Positions 19,205 to 29,015 of a stretch of DNA of 51,521 nucleotides are shown piece after piece. The notes under the pieces were generated by a model, which saw only the letters and a program-made list of their open reading frames with translations, was not told the DNA's origin and searched no databases. The stretch is from Candidatus Sysuimicrobiota bacterium (GTDB taxonomy: Bacteria > Sysuimicrobiota > Sysuimicrobiia > Sysuimicrobiales > Sysuimicrobiaceae): assembly GCA_040289515.1 (NCBI GenBank), contig PSLI01000011.1, forward strand, positions 1 through 51,521. The letters run 5' to 3'. Numbering within the stretch: the stretch's first letter is position 1; every line of letters starts with the position of its first letter. The position numbers and the translations under genes were made by a program.

Positions 19205-20022
19205 GCATTCCCAGGGCACTGACCATCGCAGGTTCGGACTCCGGGGGTGGGGCCGGCATCCAGGCGGACCTGAAGACCTTTTCCGCCCTCGGGGTGTTCG
19301 GGATGAGCGCGGTCACCGCGCTCACAGCGCAGAACACCACGGGCGTGTATGCGGTCCACGAGGTGCCGCCCGAGGTGGTGGCCCGGCAAATCGACGTGGT
19401 GGTGGAGGACATCGGGGTGGACGCGGCCAAGACGGGGATGCTGAGCAGCGTGCCCATCATCGAGGCGGTGGCGGATCGGGTTCGGCGGCACCGGTTGCAG
19501 CAGCTGGTGGTGGATCCCGTGATGGTGGCCAAAAGCGGGGCGCCGCTGCTTCGCCCGGAGGCCCAACACACCCTGCGGACCCAGCTGGTACCCCTGGCCC
19601 TCGTGATCACCCCCAACCTGCCGGAGGCGGAAGTACTGCTGGGCCGCCCGATCCCGGACCGGTCCGCCCTGCAGGAAGCCGCCCGCGCTCTGCTGGACCT
19701 GGGTCCGCGTGCGGTCCTCCTAAAAGGGGGACACCTTCCGGGCGAGCCCGTGGACCTGTTCTACGACGGGGAACAACTCGAGGAGCTGCGTGCGGAGCGC
19801 GTGCCCACGCGCCATACCCACGGTACGGGCTGCGTGTTGTCTGCCGCCATCACCGCGTACCTGAGCCTGGGGATGCCCCTGCGGGAGGCGGTGCGGGGCG
19901 GTAAACGGTTCGTGACGGAAGCCATCCGGTTCGGGTTGCCCCTGGGCCGGGGCGTTGGCCCCTGCAACCCCCTGTTCCAATGGATACGACCGGACCAGGG
20001 CACCCCTGGAGGTGGCACGTGA
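19201..20022 (+). CDS. thiD: HMP/HMP-P kinase
   Basis: LTIAGSDSGGGAGIQADLKTF, DPVMVAKSG, THGTGC. Confidence 0.96.
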   Translation: MSIPRALTIAGSDSGGGAGIQADLKTFSALGVFGMSAVTALTAQNTTGVYAVHEVPPEVVARQIDVVVEDIGVDAAKTGMLSSVPIIEAVADRVRRHRLQQLVVDPVMVAKSGAPLLRPEAQHTLRTQLVPLALVITPNLPEAEVLLGRPIPDRSALQEAARALLDLGPRAVLLKGGHLPGEPVDLFYDGEQLEELRAERVPTRHTHGTGCVLSAAITAYLSLGMPLREAVRGGKRFVTEAIRFGLPLGRGVGPCNPLFQWIRPDQGTPGGGT

Positions 20023-20525
20023 TTCCCGGCCGGACCCGTCAGCTGGCGGAGTCCGGCATTGCCATCGCGCTGGCCGCGGCCCTGGGCCTGGTCAAGGTGT
20101 ACCAGCTACCCCAGGGCGGCTCTATCACCGCCGGCAGCATGGTGCCTCTCTTCTACCTTAGCCTCCGCCGGGGCCCGCGCACGGGTACGGCGGCGGGCGC
20201 GTTGCTGGGCCTGCTGAACTTCGTGCTGGAACCCGTCTTCGTTCATCCCGTGCAGTTCCTGCTGGATTACCCGGTGGCCTTCGGTGCCCTGGGGCTTGCG
20301 GGCTTCTTCCCCCGCACGCCCTGGCTGGGTGTGGTGGTGGGCGGAGCGGCCCGGTTCGTGTCTCACTTCCTCAGCGGGGTGGTGTTCTTCGCGCAGTACG
20401 CTCCGCGCGGGACCAGCCCTGCCTTGTACTCCGCCGTGTACAACGGCTCCTACATGCTGCCGGAGGTGGTGGTGAGCGTTCTGCTGACACTGCTGGTGCT
20501 GCGAGCCCTCCCGCGGGAGGGGTAG
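20019..20525 (+). CDS. thiT: ECF thiamine transporter S component
   Basis: LPQGGSIT, HPVQFLLDY, HFLSGVVFF, YSAVYNGSY. Confidence 0.92.
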   Translation: MIPGRTRQLAESGIAIALAAALGLVKVYQLPQGGSITAGSMVPLFYLSLRRGPRTGTAAGALLGLLNFVLEPVFVHPVQFLLDYPVAFGALGLAGFFPRTPWLGVVVGGAARFVSHFLSGVVFFAQYAPRGTSPALYSAVYNGSYMLPEVVVSVLLTLLVLRALPREG

Positions 20526-20574
20526 CGCGGCCCACAGACCCGGCTTTTTGCGACGCACACGGGTGCAGGTTACC

Positions 20575-21246
20575 ATGCCTTCCGTGGGACTGCGGCAGCC
20601 CTATGCGGCCATCGTGGCCGGCGGCCGCGGCCCCCTGCCGGGCCGCTTTCGGACCGCAAAGCTCGTGGTGTGCGCGGACGGCGGGGCCTCCCGTGCTTAC
20701 CGGGCCGGTTGGACCCCTCACGTGGTGGTGGGCGACTGGGACTCCCTGGATCCGAAGCTGACGGATTGGCTGGTCCAGGTTGGCGCCGAGCGGATCCGCT
20801 ACCCCGCGGACAAGGACAAGACGGACGCGGAGCTGGCGGTGGACGTGGTGGCGGACCGCGGGTTCCGCACCGCGTACTTGCTGGGCGGCCTGGGTAAGCG
20901 GGTGGACCACGAGTTGGCCAACCTGCTGCTGCCCCATTACGCTGCGGAGCGCGGGGTGGACCTGCGGGTGGTGGCCGGGGGGACTGTGGTGCAGCTGGTG
21001 CGGGGCCGGGTACAGCTGGACGCCCGGGGGGGCGACTGGGTCTCCTTGTTCTCCCTTTGCCCCCAAAGCGTGGGAATCTACACGGGCGGGCTGCGGTTTG
21101 CCTTGGTGGACGGTACGCTCAAATTCGGAAGCACCTTGGGTGTGAGCAACGAGGTCACCGAGGAGCCCGCCTGGGTGGAGGTCCAGCAGGGGGAGCTGCT
21201 GGCGGTCCGGGTGCGTCAGCTCCGTGCGCGGCCGAAGGGAGGTTGA
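20575..21246 (+). CDS. thiN: Thiamine pyrophosphokinase
   Basis: CADGGA, VGDWDSL, DKDKTDAELA, GKRVDHELAN, LGVSNE. Confidence 0.93.
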   Translation: MPSVGLRQPYAAIVAGGRGPLPGRFRTAKLVVCADGGASRAYRAGWTPHVVVGDWDSLDPKLTDWLVQVGAERIRYPADKDKTDAELAVDVVADRGFRTAYLLGGLGKRVDHELANLLLPHYAAERGVDLRVVAGGTVVQLVRGRVQLDARGGDWVSLFSLCPQSVGIYTGGLRFALVDGTLKFGSTLGVSNEVTEEPAWVEVQQGELLAVRVRQLRARPKGG

Positions 21247-21251
21247 ACGCG

Positions 21252-22139
21252 GTGGAGACACTGGTACGGGCCATGGGTGGGGAGGGCATTTTGGCCTTCG
21301 CCTGCGTGACCACCCACCTGGTGGAGGAGGCACGCCGACGGCACGCAGCCGCGCCCACGGCGGCCGCGGCCCTGGGCCGCGCCCTGACCGCCTCCAGCCT
21401 GTTGAGCGCCACCCTGGAGGGTCCCCAGAAGGTCACCCTGCGGATCCTGGGAGACGGGCCCCTCGGGGGCATCGTCACAGAGTCCACTGCGGGCGGTGAC
21501 GTGCGGGGCTACGCGCAGAACCCGGCGGTGCACCTCCCCCTGTCCAGCCGGCGGAAGCTGGACGTGGGCACCGCGGTGGGGCGCGGTACGTTGCACGTGA
21601 CCAAGGACCTGGGGTTGCGGTGGCCGTACCATGGCAGCGCACCCCTGGTGTCCGGCGAGATCGCGGAGGACCTGGCCTACTACCTGGCGCAGTCCGAACA
21701 GGTTCCCTCCGTGGTGTCCCTGGGCGTCCTGGTGGAACCCGACGGGCGGGTTTCGGCCGCCGGGGGATTTATCATCCAGGTGATGCCGGGGGTGGATCCC
21801 TCCGTTCGGGACTACCTGGAGGCGCACGTGCAGGAGCTGCCTCCCGTGACCCAGTTGGTGCGGCAGGGCCTCTCCTCCGCGGATCTCGCCCGCGCGGCCC
21901 TGGGCCAGCTGGGCGCGCGGATCCTGGAGGAGCGGCCGGTGCGGTACCGGTGCACGTGCTCAAAAGAACGGGTGGAGAGCGTGCTGACCCTGCTGGGTGC
22001 GGAGGAGGTACGGGCGCTGCTGGTAGACGGGCAGGCGCAGGTGCGGTGCCGGTTCTGCGGGCAGGTGTACGTGCTGGACCGTCAGGCCCTGCAGGAGCTG
22101 CTGCGCCACCTGAGGGAAAGCCCGCCTTCGGTAGCGTGA
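21252..22139 (+). CDS. hslO: Hsp33 redox chaperone
   Basis: ALGRALT, SGEIAEDL.YY..SEQVPS, CTC...CRFC zinc motif. Confidence 0.95.
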   Translation: METLVRAMGGEGILAFACVTTHLVEEARRRHAAAPTAAAALGRALTASSLLSATLEGPQKVTLRILGDGPLGGIVTESTAGGDVRGYAQNPAVHLPLSSRRKLDVGTAVGRGTLHVTKDLGLRWPYHGSAPLVSGEIAEDLAYYLAQSEQVPSVVSLGVLVEPDGRVSAAGGFIIQVMPGVDPSVRDYLEAHVQELPPVTQLVRQGLSSADLARAALGQLGARILEERPVRYRCTCSKERVESVLTLLGAEEVRALLVDGQAQVRCRFCGQVYVLDRQALQELLRHLRESPPSVA

Positions 22140-22173
22140 CGTGGCGGCCAGCGCCTGCGGTGCGGAGAACTGA

Positions 22174-22365
22174 CTAGACCGCCCGCCGCACGCGCCCGGA
22201 TTTCAGGCACGCGGTGCATACCCGTACCCGGCGGGGCACGCCGTCCATCACGGCCCGCACCCGCTGCAGGTTGGGCAGAAACCGCCGCTTGCTGTGCTTG
22301 TTGCTGAAGGAGATGCTGTGCCCCGCGTGGGGCCCCTTACCGCAGATCTCGCAGGTCCTCGCCAT
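22174..22365 (-). CDS. rpmB: 50S ribosomal protein L28
   Basis: [12 protein letters not shown]...KRRFLPNLQ...CTACLKS. Confidence 0.97.
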   Translation of the reverse strand: MARTCEICGKGPHAGHSISFSNKHSKRRFLPNLQRVRAVMDGVPRRVRVCTACLKSGRVRRAV

Positions 22366-22400
22366 GTTCGGTCACCGTCCGGTGCGTGCGCTGCCGATAG

Positions 22401-22429
22401 ATTCTAACACGTCACGCGCGGGCCCGCAA
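22401..22429 (-). promoter_or_regulatory. Putative rpmB promoter
   Basis: Minus strand TTGCGG-17 nt-TAGAAT with TG extended -10. Confidence 0.55.
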
Positions 22430-22470
22430 ACGCCAGGAAACCCGCCGCGGGGGTCGAACAGGCATACCGG

Positions 22471-24552
22471 ATGCGCACGCGAGGGGCAGACGTGTTGCAG
22501 CAGCCCGTGCAGTATGTGCGGGGCATAGGCCCGCGGCTGGCTCAGGCCTTCGCGCGGCTGGGGATCCACACCGTGGAGGACCTTTTGTACCACACCCCGC
22601 GCCGGTACGAGGACCGCAGCCGGTTCGCCACCCTGTACGAGGCGCCCCACGACGCCTTCTGCACCTTCCGGGTGAAGGTGGTGCGCCTGCGGGAGCCGCC
22701 CCTGCGCGGGGGCAAGAAGCTCACCGAGGTCACCGTCACCGACGGCACGGCGCTGGCCGTGGCCAAGTTCTGGGGACGCCGCCACCTGGACAAGGTTCTA
22801 GCTCCGAGTACGGAGGTCGTCCTGTGGGGGCGGGTGCGGCGGGAGCGGGGCCAGATCGAGATCGAAGCACCGGAGTTTGAGCGCGCCGCGCAGGAGGAGG
22901 CTCTCCACACGGGCCGTGTGGTGCCCGTACACCCGGCCACAGAGCAGCTGTCCCCGCGGCTGGTGCGCCGGGCAGTGCACGCGGCCCTGGAGGCGTTCGC
23001 CGCCCGCATCCCAGAACCCCTCCCGGGGCCCGTACGGGCCCGGTATGGACTGCTGTCCACCCCGGAGGCCCTGTGGCGGGTGCACTTTCCCGAGACCCAG
23101 GAGGAGGGTGAGCGGGCACGCAGGACCCTGGCCTTCACGGAGTTTCTGGAGCTGGAGCTGGCGCTGCTGCTGCGCCGACGCGGGGTGGTCACGGCCACCA
23201 AGCCCCACCGCTACCGGGAGGACGGGGGCCTGCTGGACGCCTTCGTGGCTAGCCTCCCGTTCCCCCTCACGGGCGCGCAGCGCCGGGTGATCGAGCAGAT
23301 CCGGCGGGAGCTGTACTCCCCCCACCCCATGAACCGGCTGCTGCAGGGCGACGTGGGTTCCGGCAAGACCGTGGTGGCCGCGGCCGCGGTGGTGGTGTGC
23401 GCGGGCGGCGGGCATCAGGCGGCCGTGATGGCACCCACGGAGATCCTAGCGGAGCAGCACTATCTCACCTTCCGCCGGTTCCTGGAGCCGGTGGGCGTAC
23501 GGGTGGTGCTCCTCACGGGCGGGATGCGCAGGGCGCAGCGCGACGCGGTGCTGGCGGAGCTGAGCCGGGGCGAGGCGGACCTGGTGGTGGGCACCCACGC
23601 ACTCCTGCAGGAGGACGTGGTTTTCGACCGGCTGGCCCTTGTGGTGGTGGACGAGCAGCACAAGTTCGGGGTGGCGCAGCGGGCGGCCCTGCGGGCCAAG
23701 GGCCACGAACCCGACGTGCTGGTGATGACCGCGACGCCCATCCCCCGGACCTTGGCCCTGACCCTGTACGGCGACCTGGACGTGTCCGTCCTGGACGAGC
23801 TGCCCCCGGGCCGCCACCCCGTGCGGACGTACCACCGGTTCCCCGAATCGCGCGACCGGGTATACGCCTTCGTCCGGCGGGAGGTGGAGGCGGGCCGTCA
23901 GGCATACGTGGTGTGCCCCCTGGTGGACGAGTCGGACAAGCTGGACGCCTCCGCGGCGGTGGAACTGTACGAGGGACTCCGGACCCGGGTGTTCTCCGAT
24001 CTGCGGGTGGGCCTTCTACACGGGCGCATGCCGGTGGCGGAGAAGGACGCAGTGATGGAGGCCTTCCGACAGGGGCAGATCCAGGTGCTGGTGGCGACCC
24101 CGGTGGTGGAGGTGGGCGTAGACGTGCCCAACGCCACGGTGATGGTGGTAGAGGACGCGGACCGCTTCGGGCTGGCCCAGCTGCACCAGCTTCGGGGCCG
24201 GGTGGGCCGCTCCTCGCATCGCTCGTACTGTATCCTGATCTCGGCGCTGCCTACGGAGGAGGCGCGGCGCCGCATCCAGGCGCTGGTGGAGACCCACGAC
24301 GGCTTCCGCATCGCGCAAGTGGACCTGGAGCTGCGGGGCCCGGGGGAGTTCTTCGGGACGCGGCAGCACGGAGTGCCGGACTTCCGGGTGGCGGACCCCA
24401 TCCAGGACGTAGCCCTGCTGGAGCGGGCCCGACAGGCCGCGGAGGAGATTCTGGCCCAGGACCCCCGGCTGGAGTGGCCCGAACACCGGGTCGTGCGCGA
24501 GCGGCTGCTGCGGCGGTACGCGGAATCGGGGGCCTACCTGACGGTGGGCTAG
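22471..24552 (+). CDS. recG: ATP-dependent DNA helicase RecG
   Basis: RLLQGDVGSGKT, DEQHKFGV, MTATPIPRTL, QLHQLRGRVGR, RGPGEFFG. Confidence 0.97.
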   Translation: MRTRGADVLQQPVQYVRGIGPRLAQAFARLGIHTVEDLLYHTPRRYEDRSRFATLYEAPHDAFCTFRVKVVRLREPPLRGGKKLTEVTVTDGTALAVAKFWGRRHLDKVLAPSTEVVLWGRVRRERGQIEIEAPEFERAAQEEALHTGRVVPVHPATEQLSPRLVRRAVHAALEAFAARIPEPLPGPVRARYGLLSTPEALWRVHFPETQEEGERARRTLAFTEFLELELALLLRRRGVVTATKPHRYREDGGLLDAFVASLPFPLTGAQRRVIEQIRRELYSPHPMNRLLQGDVGSGKTVVAAAAVVVCAGGGHQAAVMAPTEILAEQHYLTFRRFLEPVGVRVVLLTGGMRRAQRDAVLAELSRGEADLVVGTHALLQEDVVFDRLALVVVDEQHKFGVAQRAALRAKGHEPDVLVMTATPIPRTLALTLYGDLDVSVLDELPPGRHPVRTYHRFPESRDRVYAFVRREVEAGRQAYVVCPLVDESDKLDASAAVELYEGLRTRVFSDLRVGLLHGRMPVAEKDAVMEAFRQGQIQVLVATPVVEVGVDVPNATVMVVEDADRFGLAQLHQLRGRVGRSSHRSYCILISALPTEEARRRIQALVETHDGFRIAQVDLELRGPGEFFGTRQHGVPDFRVADPIQDVALLERARQAAEEILAQDPRLEWPEHRVVRERLLRRYAESGAYLTVG

Positions 24553-24576
24553 AGTCGGCTAGGGAGGTGCGGTACC

Positions 24577-25137
24577 GTGCGGGTGGCTGCGGGGGAGGCC
24601 AAGGGTAAGCGGCTACGGGTGCCGCGAGGCGTGCACGCCCGCCCCACCCAGGATCGGGTGCGGGAGGCCATCTTCAACGCCCTGGGGTCGCGGGTGGTGG
24701 ACGCGGAGGTGCTGGACCTGTTCGCGGGCGTGGGAACCCTGGGCATTGAGGCGCTGAGCCGCGGCGCCCGCCGGGCGGTGTTCGTGGAGCTCGAAGCCCG
24801 CACCGCCGCAGCCCTGCGGGCCAACCTGCAGGCCGCAGGCCTGCAGGACCGCGCGGAGGTTTGGCGCGCGGACGCCCTGCGGGCCCTGCGCCAGCTCCAG
24901 CAGCGGGGCGACTGCTTCGACCTGGTGTTCCTGGACCCCCCGTACCGCAGCAGCTGGCTTGCGCGCGCGCTGCGGGCCCTGGCCGAAAGCCCGGTCCTGC
25001 ACCACGAGGGACTCGTGGTGGCGGAGGGGGCCCGGGGCGAGCCGCTGGACGGCCACGGACTGGAGGTGGTGTGGCACCGCACGTACGGCGACACCTCCGT
25101 GGGGTTCCTGCGGCGCGCGGAAGGGGGGACACGGTGA
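24577..25137 (+). CDS. rsmD: 16S rRNA m2G966 methyltransferase
   Basis: RPTQDRVREAIFN, DLFAGVG, EALSRGA, DPPY. Confidence 0.95.
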   Translation: MRVAAGEAKGKRLRVPRGVHARPTQDRVREAIFNALGSRVVDAEVLDLFAGVGTLGIEALSRGARRAVFVELEARTAAALRANLQAAGLQDRAEVWRADALRALRQLQQRGDCFDLVFLDPPYRSSWLARALRALAESPVLHHEGLVVAEGARGEPLDGHGLEVVWHRTYGDTSVGFLRRAEGGTR

Positions 25138-25613
25138 CGGTGGCCGTCTACCCGGGGACCTTTGACCCGGTGCATAACGGGCACCTGGACGTGATCCGCC
25201 GCGCGCGGGCGCTGTTCGCCCGCGTGGTGGTGGGGGTGGCGCAGGAGTCGGGCAAGGAACCCCTGTTCACCGTGGAGGAGCGCGTGGAGATGCTGCGGGA
25301 GGCTGTGGCCGACCTGGAGGGCGTGGAGGTGCACAGCTTCGACGGCCTCACGGTGCACTTCGCGCGCCGCTGCGGCGCCGCGGCCATCGTGAAGGGGGTC
25401 CGGGTGGGCGACCTGGAGTACGAGCTCCGCATGGCCCACGTGAACCGCCGCCTGGCTCCGGAGGTGGAGACGGTCTTCCTGCCCACCAGCCCCGAGTACG
25501 GGTTTGTGAGCTCCACCCTCATCAAGGAGGTGGCACGCCTGGGTGGAACGGTGGACGGTCTGGTCCCCCCCGGGGTAGGGGAGCGCCTGCGGCGGCGGTT
25601 CCACGGGGAGTAG
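25134..25613 (+). CDS. coaD: Phosphopantetheine adenylyltransferase
   Basis: YPGTFDPVHNGHLD, SSTLIKEVA. Confidence 0.96.
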   Translation: MTVAVYPGTFDPVHNGHLDVIRRARALFARVVVGVAQESGKEPLFTVEERVEMLREAVADLEGVEVHSFDGLTVHFARRCGAAAIVKGVRVGDLEYELRMAHVNRRLAPEVETVFLPTSPEYGFVSSTLIKEVARLGGTVDGLVPPGVGERLRRRFHGE

Positions 25614-25616
25614 GCC

Positions 25617-26072
25617 ATGGACAGCGTGTTCGAGCTGCTGGACCGGCTAGAAGCCCTTGTCAGCCAGGCCAGCACCGTCCCGTGGACCGACAAGCGGATC
25701 GTGGACGAGCGGGAGTTCCGCAGCCTGCTGGAGATGCTGCGGGCTCGCCTTCCCACAGAGCTGGCGGAAGCCCACCAGATGCGCAGCGCCGCGGAGCAGG
25801 TGCTGCAGCGGGCGCAGGAGCAGGCCCGGCGGATCGTGACGGAGGCCCAGGAGGAGCTGGCGCACCGGGTGGACGATCACGAGGTGGTGCGGCACGCCCG
25901 CCGCAAGGCGGAGGACATCCTGGAGCGGGCACGGCAGGAGGCGGAACAGACCCGCCGGGGCGCGGACGAGTACGCTCGCCAGGTGCTGGACGACCTGGAG
26001 CAGGGCGTGATGCGGGTCCTGCTGAGCATCCGCAAGGGCAAGGAACTCCTGGACCGGCGGGAGGAGGGATAG
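25617..26072 (+). CDS. Conserved coiled-coil protein typical of the coaD-yceD interval
   Basis: LLDRLEALV..A..VPWT, repeated A++A++I helices, GADEYA motif. Confidence 0.75.
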   Translation: MDSVFELLDRLEALVSQASTVPWTDKRIVDEREFRSLLEMLRARLPTELAEAHQMRSAAEQVLQRAQEQARRIVTEAQEELAHRVDDHEVVRHARRKAEDILERARQEAEQTRRGADEYARQVLDDLEQGVMRVLLSIRKGKELLDRREEG

Positions 26073-26170
26073 CGCTGCCTCTGTGGGGTTCGCCGGCTCT
26101 ACGTCAATAAGTGGGGTGGGGCGAGGAGCCGAGCCAGACCCATACTTTTCAGCCTAGAGCCGGATTCGCC

Positions 26171-26199
26171 TTGACTTGCCGCACGCGGCGACCTATCAT
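26171..26199 (+). promoter_or_regulatory. Sigma70 promoter of yceD-rpmF-plsX-fab operon
   Basis: TTGACT-17 nt-TATCAT. Confidence 0.75.
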
Positions 26200-26241
26200 G
26201 ACCGGGGTGCGCGCCCGGGTGTCCGGGCGCGCGGTGCTGTT

Positions 26242-26754
26242 ATGAAGGTTTCCGCACAGGAGGTTCGTTCCAGCCCCGGAGGTCGGCTCCGCCTGCAGCT
26301 GGATGTGCCGGTCTCCTCGGGGGCGGAGGAGGTGCTTTTCGTGGTTCCCGTGCGGGGCGAGGTGGAGCTGCGGGCGGTCGGTAACCGGCTGCGGCTGGTG
26401 GGCCAGTTCCGCACGGAGGCGGAGCTAGCCTGCGGCCGCTGCCTGCGGAACTTCCGCCGGGAGCTGTGCGCCACGGTGGACGAGTGGTACGACCCGGACC
26501 TGCCCCTGGCGGAGGAGGTGCCCGTGGAGGACGGCGTCCTTGTCCTGCCCCTCTCGGAGCCCGAAGTGGACGTGACGGAGGTGGCGCGCCAGCACCTGCT
26601 CCTCGCCTGCCCCCTGGTGGCCCTGTGCCGGCCGGACTGCGCGGGTCTGTGCACGGAGTGCGGCGCGGATCGCAACACCACCCCCTGCGACTGCGCCGCG
26701 CGCCGGCCGGACCCCCGCTGGCAGGTGCTCCAGAACGTCCTGGGAGGTCCTTGA
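26242..26754 (+). CDS. yceD: DUF177/YceD family protein
   Basis: CGRCL, LCRPDCAGLCTECG, CDC, DPRW; upstream of rpmF. Confidence 0.92.
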   Translation: MKVSAQEVRSSPGGRLRLQLDVPVSSGAEEVLFVVPVRGEVELRAVGNRLRLVGQFRTEAELACGRCLRNFRRELCATVDEWYDPDLPLAEEVPVEDGVLVLPLSEPEVDVTEVARQHLLLACPLVALCRPDCAGLCTECGADRNTTPCDCAARRPDPRWQVLQNVLGGP

Positions 26755-26945
26755 TGAGCCGCTCGAGAAGGCACTCGCACATGCGGGTGGCCCGTCGTCG
26801 TGCCCTACAGAAGGTGGCGGTACCGCATCTGGTGCCGTGTCCCAAGTGCAAGACCCCCCGCCTACCTCACCACCTTTGCCCGACCTGCGGCACGTACGGG
26901 GGCCGCCAGGTGGTGCCGGTGGAGGAGGAACGTCGGTCCTCCTAG
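26754..26945 (+). CDS. rpmF: 50S ribosomal protein L32
   Basis: CPKC...PHHLCPTCGTYGGRQV; synteny between yceD and plsX. Confidence 0.92.
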   Translation: MSRSRRHSHMRVARRRALQKVAVPHLVPCPKCKTPRLPHHLCPTCGTYGGRQVVPVEEERRSS

Positions 26946-26987
26946 GGCTGTGGGGGAGCCGGAGTTGGCAGGCTTGGGACAAGCGCC

Positions 26988-27998
26988 GTGCGCGTGGCGG
27001 TAGACGCCATGGGGGGAGACCACGCGCCCGCCGAGGTGGTGGCCGCTGCGGAACGCCTCGGGGTGGAAATCCTCCTCGTGGGGCCCGACGACGTGGTGCG
27101 GGAGCAGCTGCGGCGCCATCGCGCACCGGCCCAGGGCCTGCGGGTGGTGCACGCTTCCCAGCACGTGGGCATGGAGGAGTCCCCCACCGCTGCCCTGCGG
27201 CGCAAGCCTGACAACTCCATCACGAAGGGTCTGGAACTGGTGCGGTCCGGCCAGGCGGACGCTTTCTTCAGCGCGGGCAACACGGGCGCGGTCATGGCCG
27301 CGGCGCTGCTCACCCTGGGCCGCATCTCCGAGGTGGACCGCCCTGCCATCGCCGCGGTTCTGCCCACCCTCCGGGGCCGCCTGGTGGCTCTGGACGTGGG
27401 GGCCAACGTGGACTGCCGACCCCGACACCTGCTGCAGTTCGCCCTCATGGGCAGCGTGTACGCGGAACGGGTGCTGGCCATCCCATCCCCCCGCGTGGGT
27501 CTGCTGAGCAACGGTGAGGAGGCGGGGAAGGGCAACGAACTGGTGGTGCAAACCGCGGAGCTGCTGCGGGCCACCGACCTGAACTTCGTGGGGAACGTGG
27601 AAGGCCGGCAGGTGTTCTTCGGGGCGTGCGACGTGCTCGTGTGCGACGGATTCGTGGGCAACGTGGTGCTCAAGCTGGGTGAAGGGATGGCCCAGGGGCT
27701 TTTTCAGATCATCCGGGAGGAGGTGCGGCGGTCGTTGCGGGCAAAACTGGCGGTGTGGCTTTTGCGCCCCCGGCTGCGGGCCCTGCGCAGGCGGATCGAC
27801 TACGCGGAGTACGGCGGAGCGCCGTTGCTGGGCGTCCGGGGGGTGGTGGTAATCGGGCACGGGGCGTCCAACGCCCACGCGGTGTATAACGCCCTGCGGG
27901 TGGCCCAGGAGGCGGTCCGTCAGCGCCTGCCGGAGATCATCCAGCAGGAGACGTTGCGTCTGGCCTCCTCCCCCGCGGCGGACGCGGCGTCCACCTGA
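26988..27998 (+). CDS. plsX: Phosphate acyltransferase PlsX
   Basis: DAMGGDHAP, SAGNTGA, DVGAN, DGFVGNV.LK, YGGAPLLG. Confidence 0.97.
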   Translation: MRVAVDAMGGDHAPAEVVAAAERLGVEILLVGPDDVVREQLRRHRAPAQGLRVVHASQHVGMEESPTAALRRKPDNSITKGLELVRSGQADAFFSAGNTGAVMAAALLTLGRISEVDRPAIAAVLPTLRGRLVALDVGANVDCRPRHLLQFALMGSVYAERVLAIPSPRVGLLSNGEEAGKGNELVVQTAELLRATDLNFVGNVEGRQVFFGACDVLVCDGFVGNVVLKLGEGMAQGLFQIIREEVRRSLRAKLAVWLLRPRLRALRRRIDYAEYGGAPLLGVRGVVVIGHGASNAHAVYNALRVAQEAVRQRLPEIIQQETLRLASSPAADAAST

Positions 27999-28020
27999 GG
28001 CGAACACCACGGGAGGGACC

Positions 28021-29013
28021 ATGGGCTTGCATCGGTCAAGCAGAATCGCGGGACTGGGGCGGTACGTCCCCCGCACGGTACTCACCAACGGGGATCTGGA
28101 GCGTATGGTGGACACCACCGACGAGTGGATCACGGTTCGCACGGGCATCCGGGAGCGCCGGGTGGCCTCCCCGGAGGAGGCCACCAGCGACCTGGCCCTG
28201 GAGGCGGCCCGGGAGGCCCTGGAGCAGGCGGAGGTGGATCCCGCGGACCTGGACCTAATCCTGGTGGGCACCGCCAGCCCCGACATGATCTTCCCCGCCA
28301 CCGCCTGCCTGGTGCAGGAGCGCCTGGGTGCGAAGCGCGCGGGGGCGGTGGACGTCTCCGTTGCGTGCAGCAGCTTCGTGTACGCCCTGGGTCTCGCCCA
28401 CGGACAGATCACCGCGGGTCTGGCGGAGCGGGTGCTGGTGATCGGTGCCGACACCCTCTCCCGTATCACCAACTGGAGCGACCGGACCACCTGCGTGCTG
28501 TTCGGGGACTCCGCGGGAGCCGCGGTGGTGGTCCCCTCCGACGGCTCCCGGGGGCTGCTGTCCTTCTGGCTGGGGGCAGACGGCGGGGGCGGCTCCCTGC
28601 TCAGCCTGCCCGCGGGCGGCAGCCGCCTGCCGGCCTCGTGGGAGACCGTGGAACGAGGGCAGCACTACCTTCACATGAACGGGCCGGAGGTGTTCAAGTT
28701 CGCCAGCCGCATTCTGCCTCGGGCCATCGAGGAAGCCTGCCAGCGGGCGGGCGTGTCCGTGAACGAGGTGGACCTGTTTATCCCCCACCAGGCGAACCTG
28801 CGGATCATTCAGGCCGCCGCGGATCGCCTGGGCCAGCCCCTGGAGAAGTTCTACGTGAATGTTCACAAGTATGGGAACACCTCCTCCGCCTCCGTGCCCG
28901 TGGCCCTGTACGAGGCCGTGGAGGAGGGGCGCGTGAAGCCGGGCGACCTGGTGGTTCTGGTGGCTTTCGGGGCCGGGCTCACGTGGGCCTCCTGCGCCCT
29001 GTGTTGGGGGTAG
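28021..29013 (+). CDS. fabH: 3-oxoacyl-ACP synthase III
   Basis: DEWITVRTGI, ACSSF, PHQANLRI, YGNTSSAS. Confidence 0.96.
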   Translation: MGLHRSSRIAGLGRYVPRTVLTNGDLERMVDTTDEWITVRTGIRERRVASPEEATSDLALEAAREALEQAEVDPADLDLILVGTASPDMIFPATACLVQERLGAKRAGAVDVSVACSSFVYALGLAHGQITAGLAERVLVIGADTLSRITNWSDRTTCVLFGDSAGAAVVVPSDGSRGLLSFWLGADGGGGSLLSLPAGGSRLPASWETVERGQHYLHMNGPEVFKFASRILPRAIEEACQRAGVSVNEVDLFIPHQANLRIIQAAADRLGQPLEKFYVNVHKYGNTSSASVPVALYEAVEEGRVKPGDLVVLVAFGAGLTWASCALCWG

Positions 29014-29015
29014 CC

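Noticed and set aside
26080..26110. Fluoride riboswitch-like GTGGGGTTCGCC
   Set aside because: Lacks the GGCGAT 5' pairing and downstream TGAC motif, and no fluoride-related gene follows
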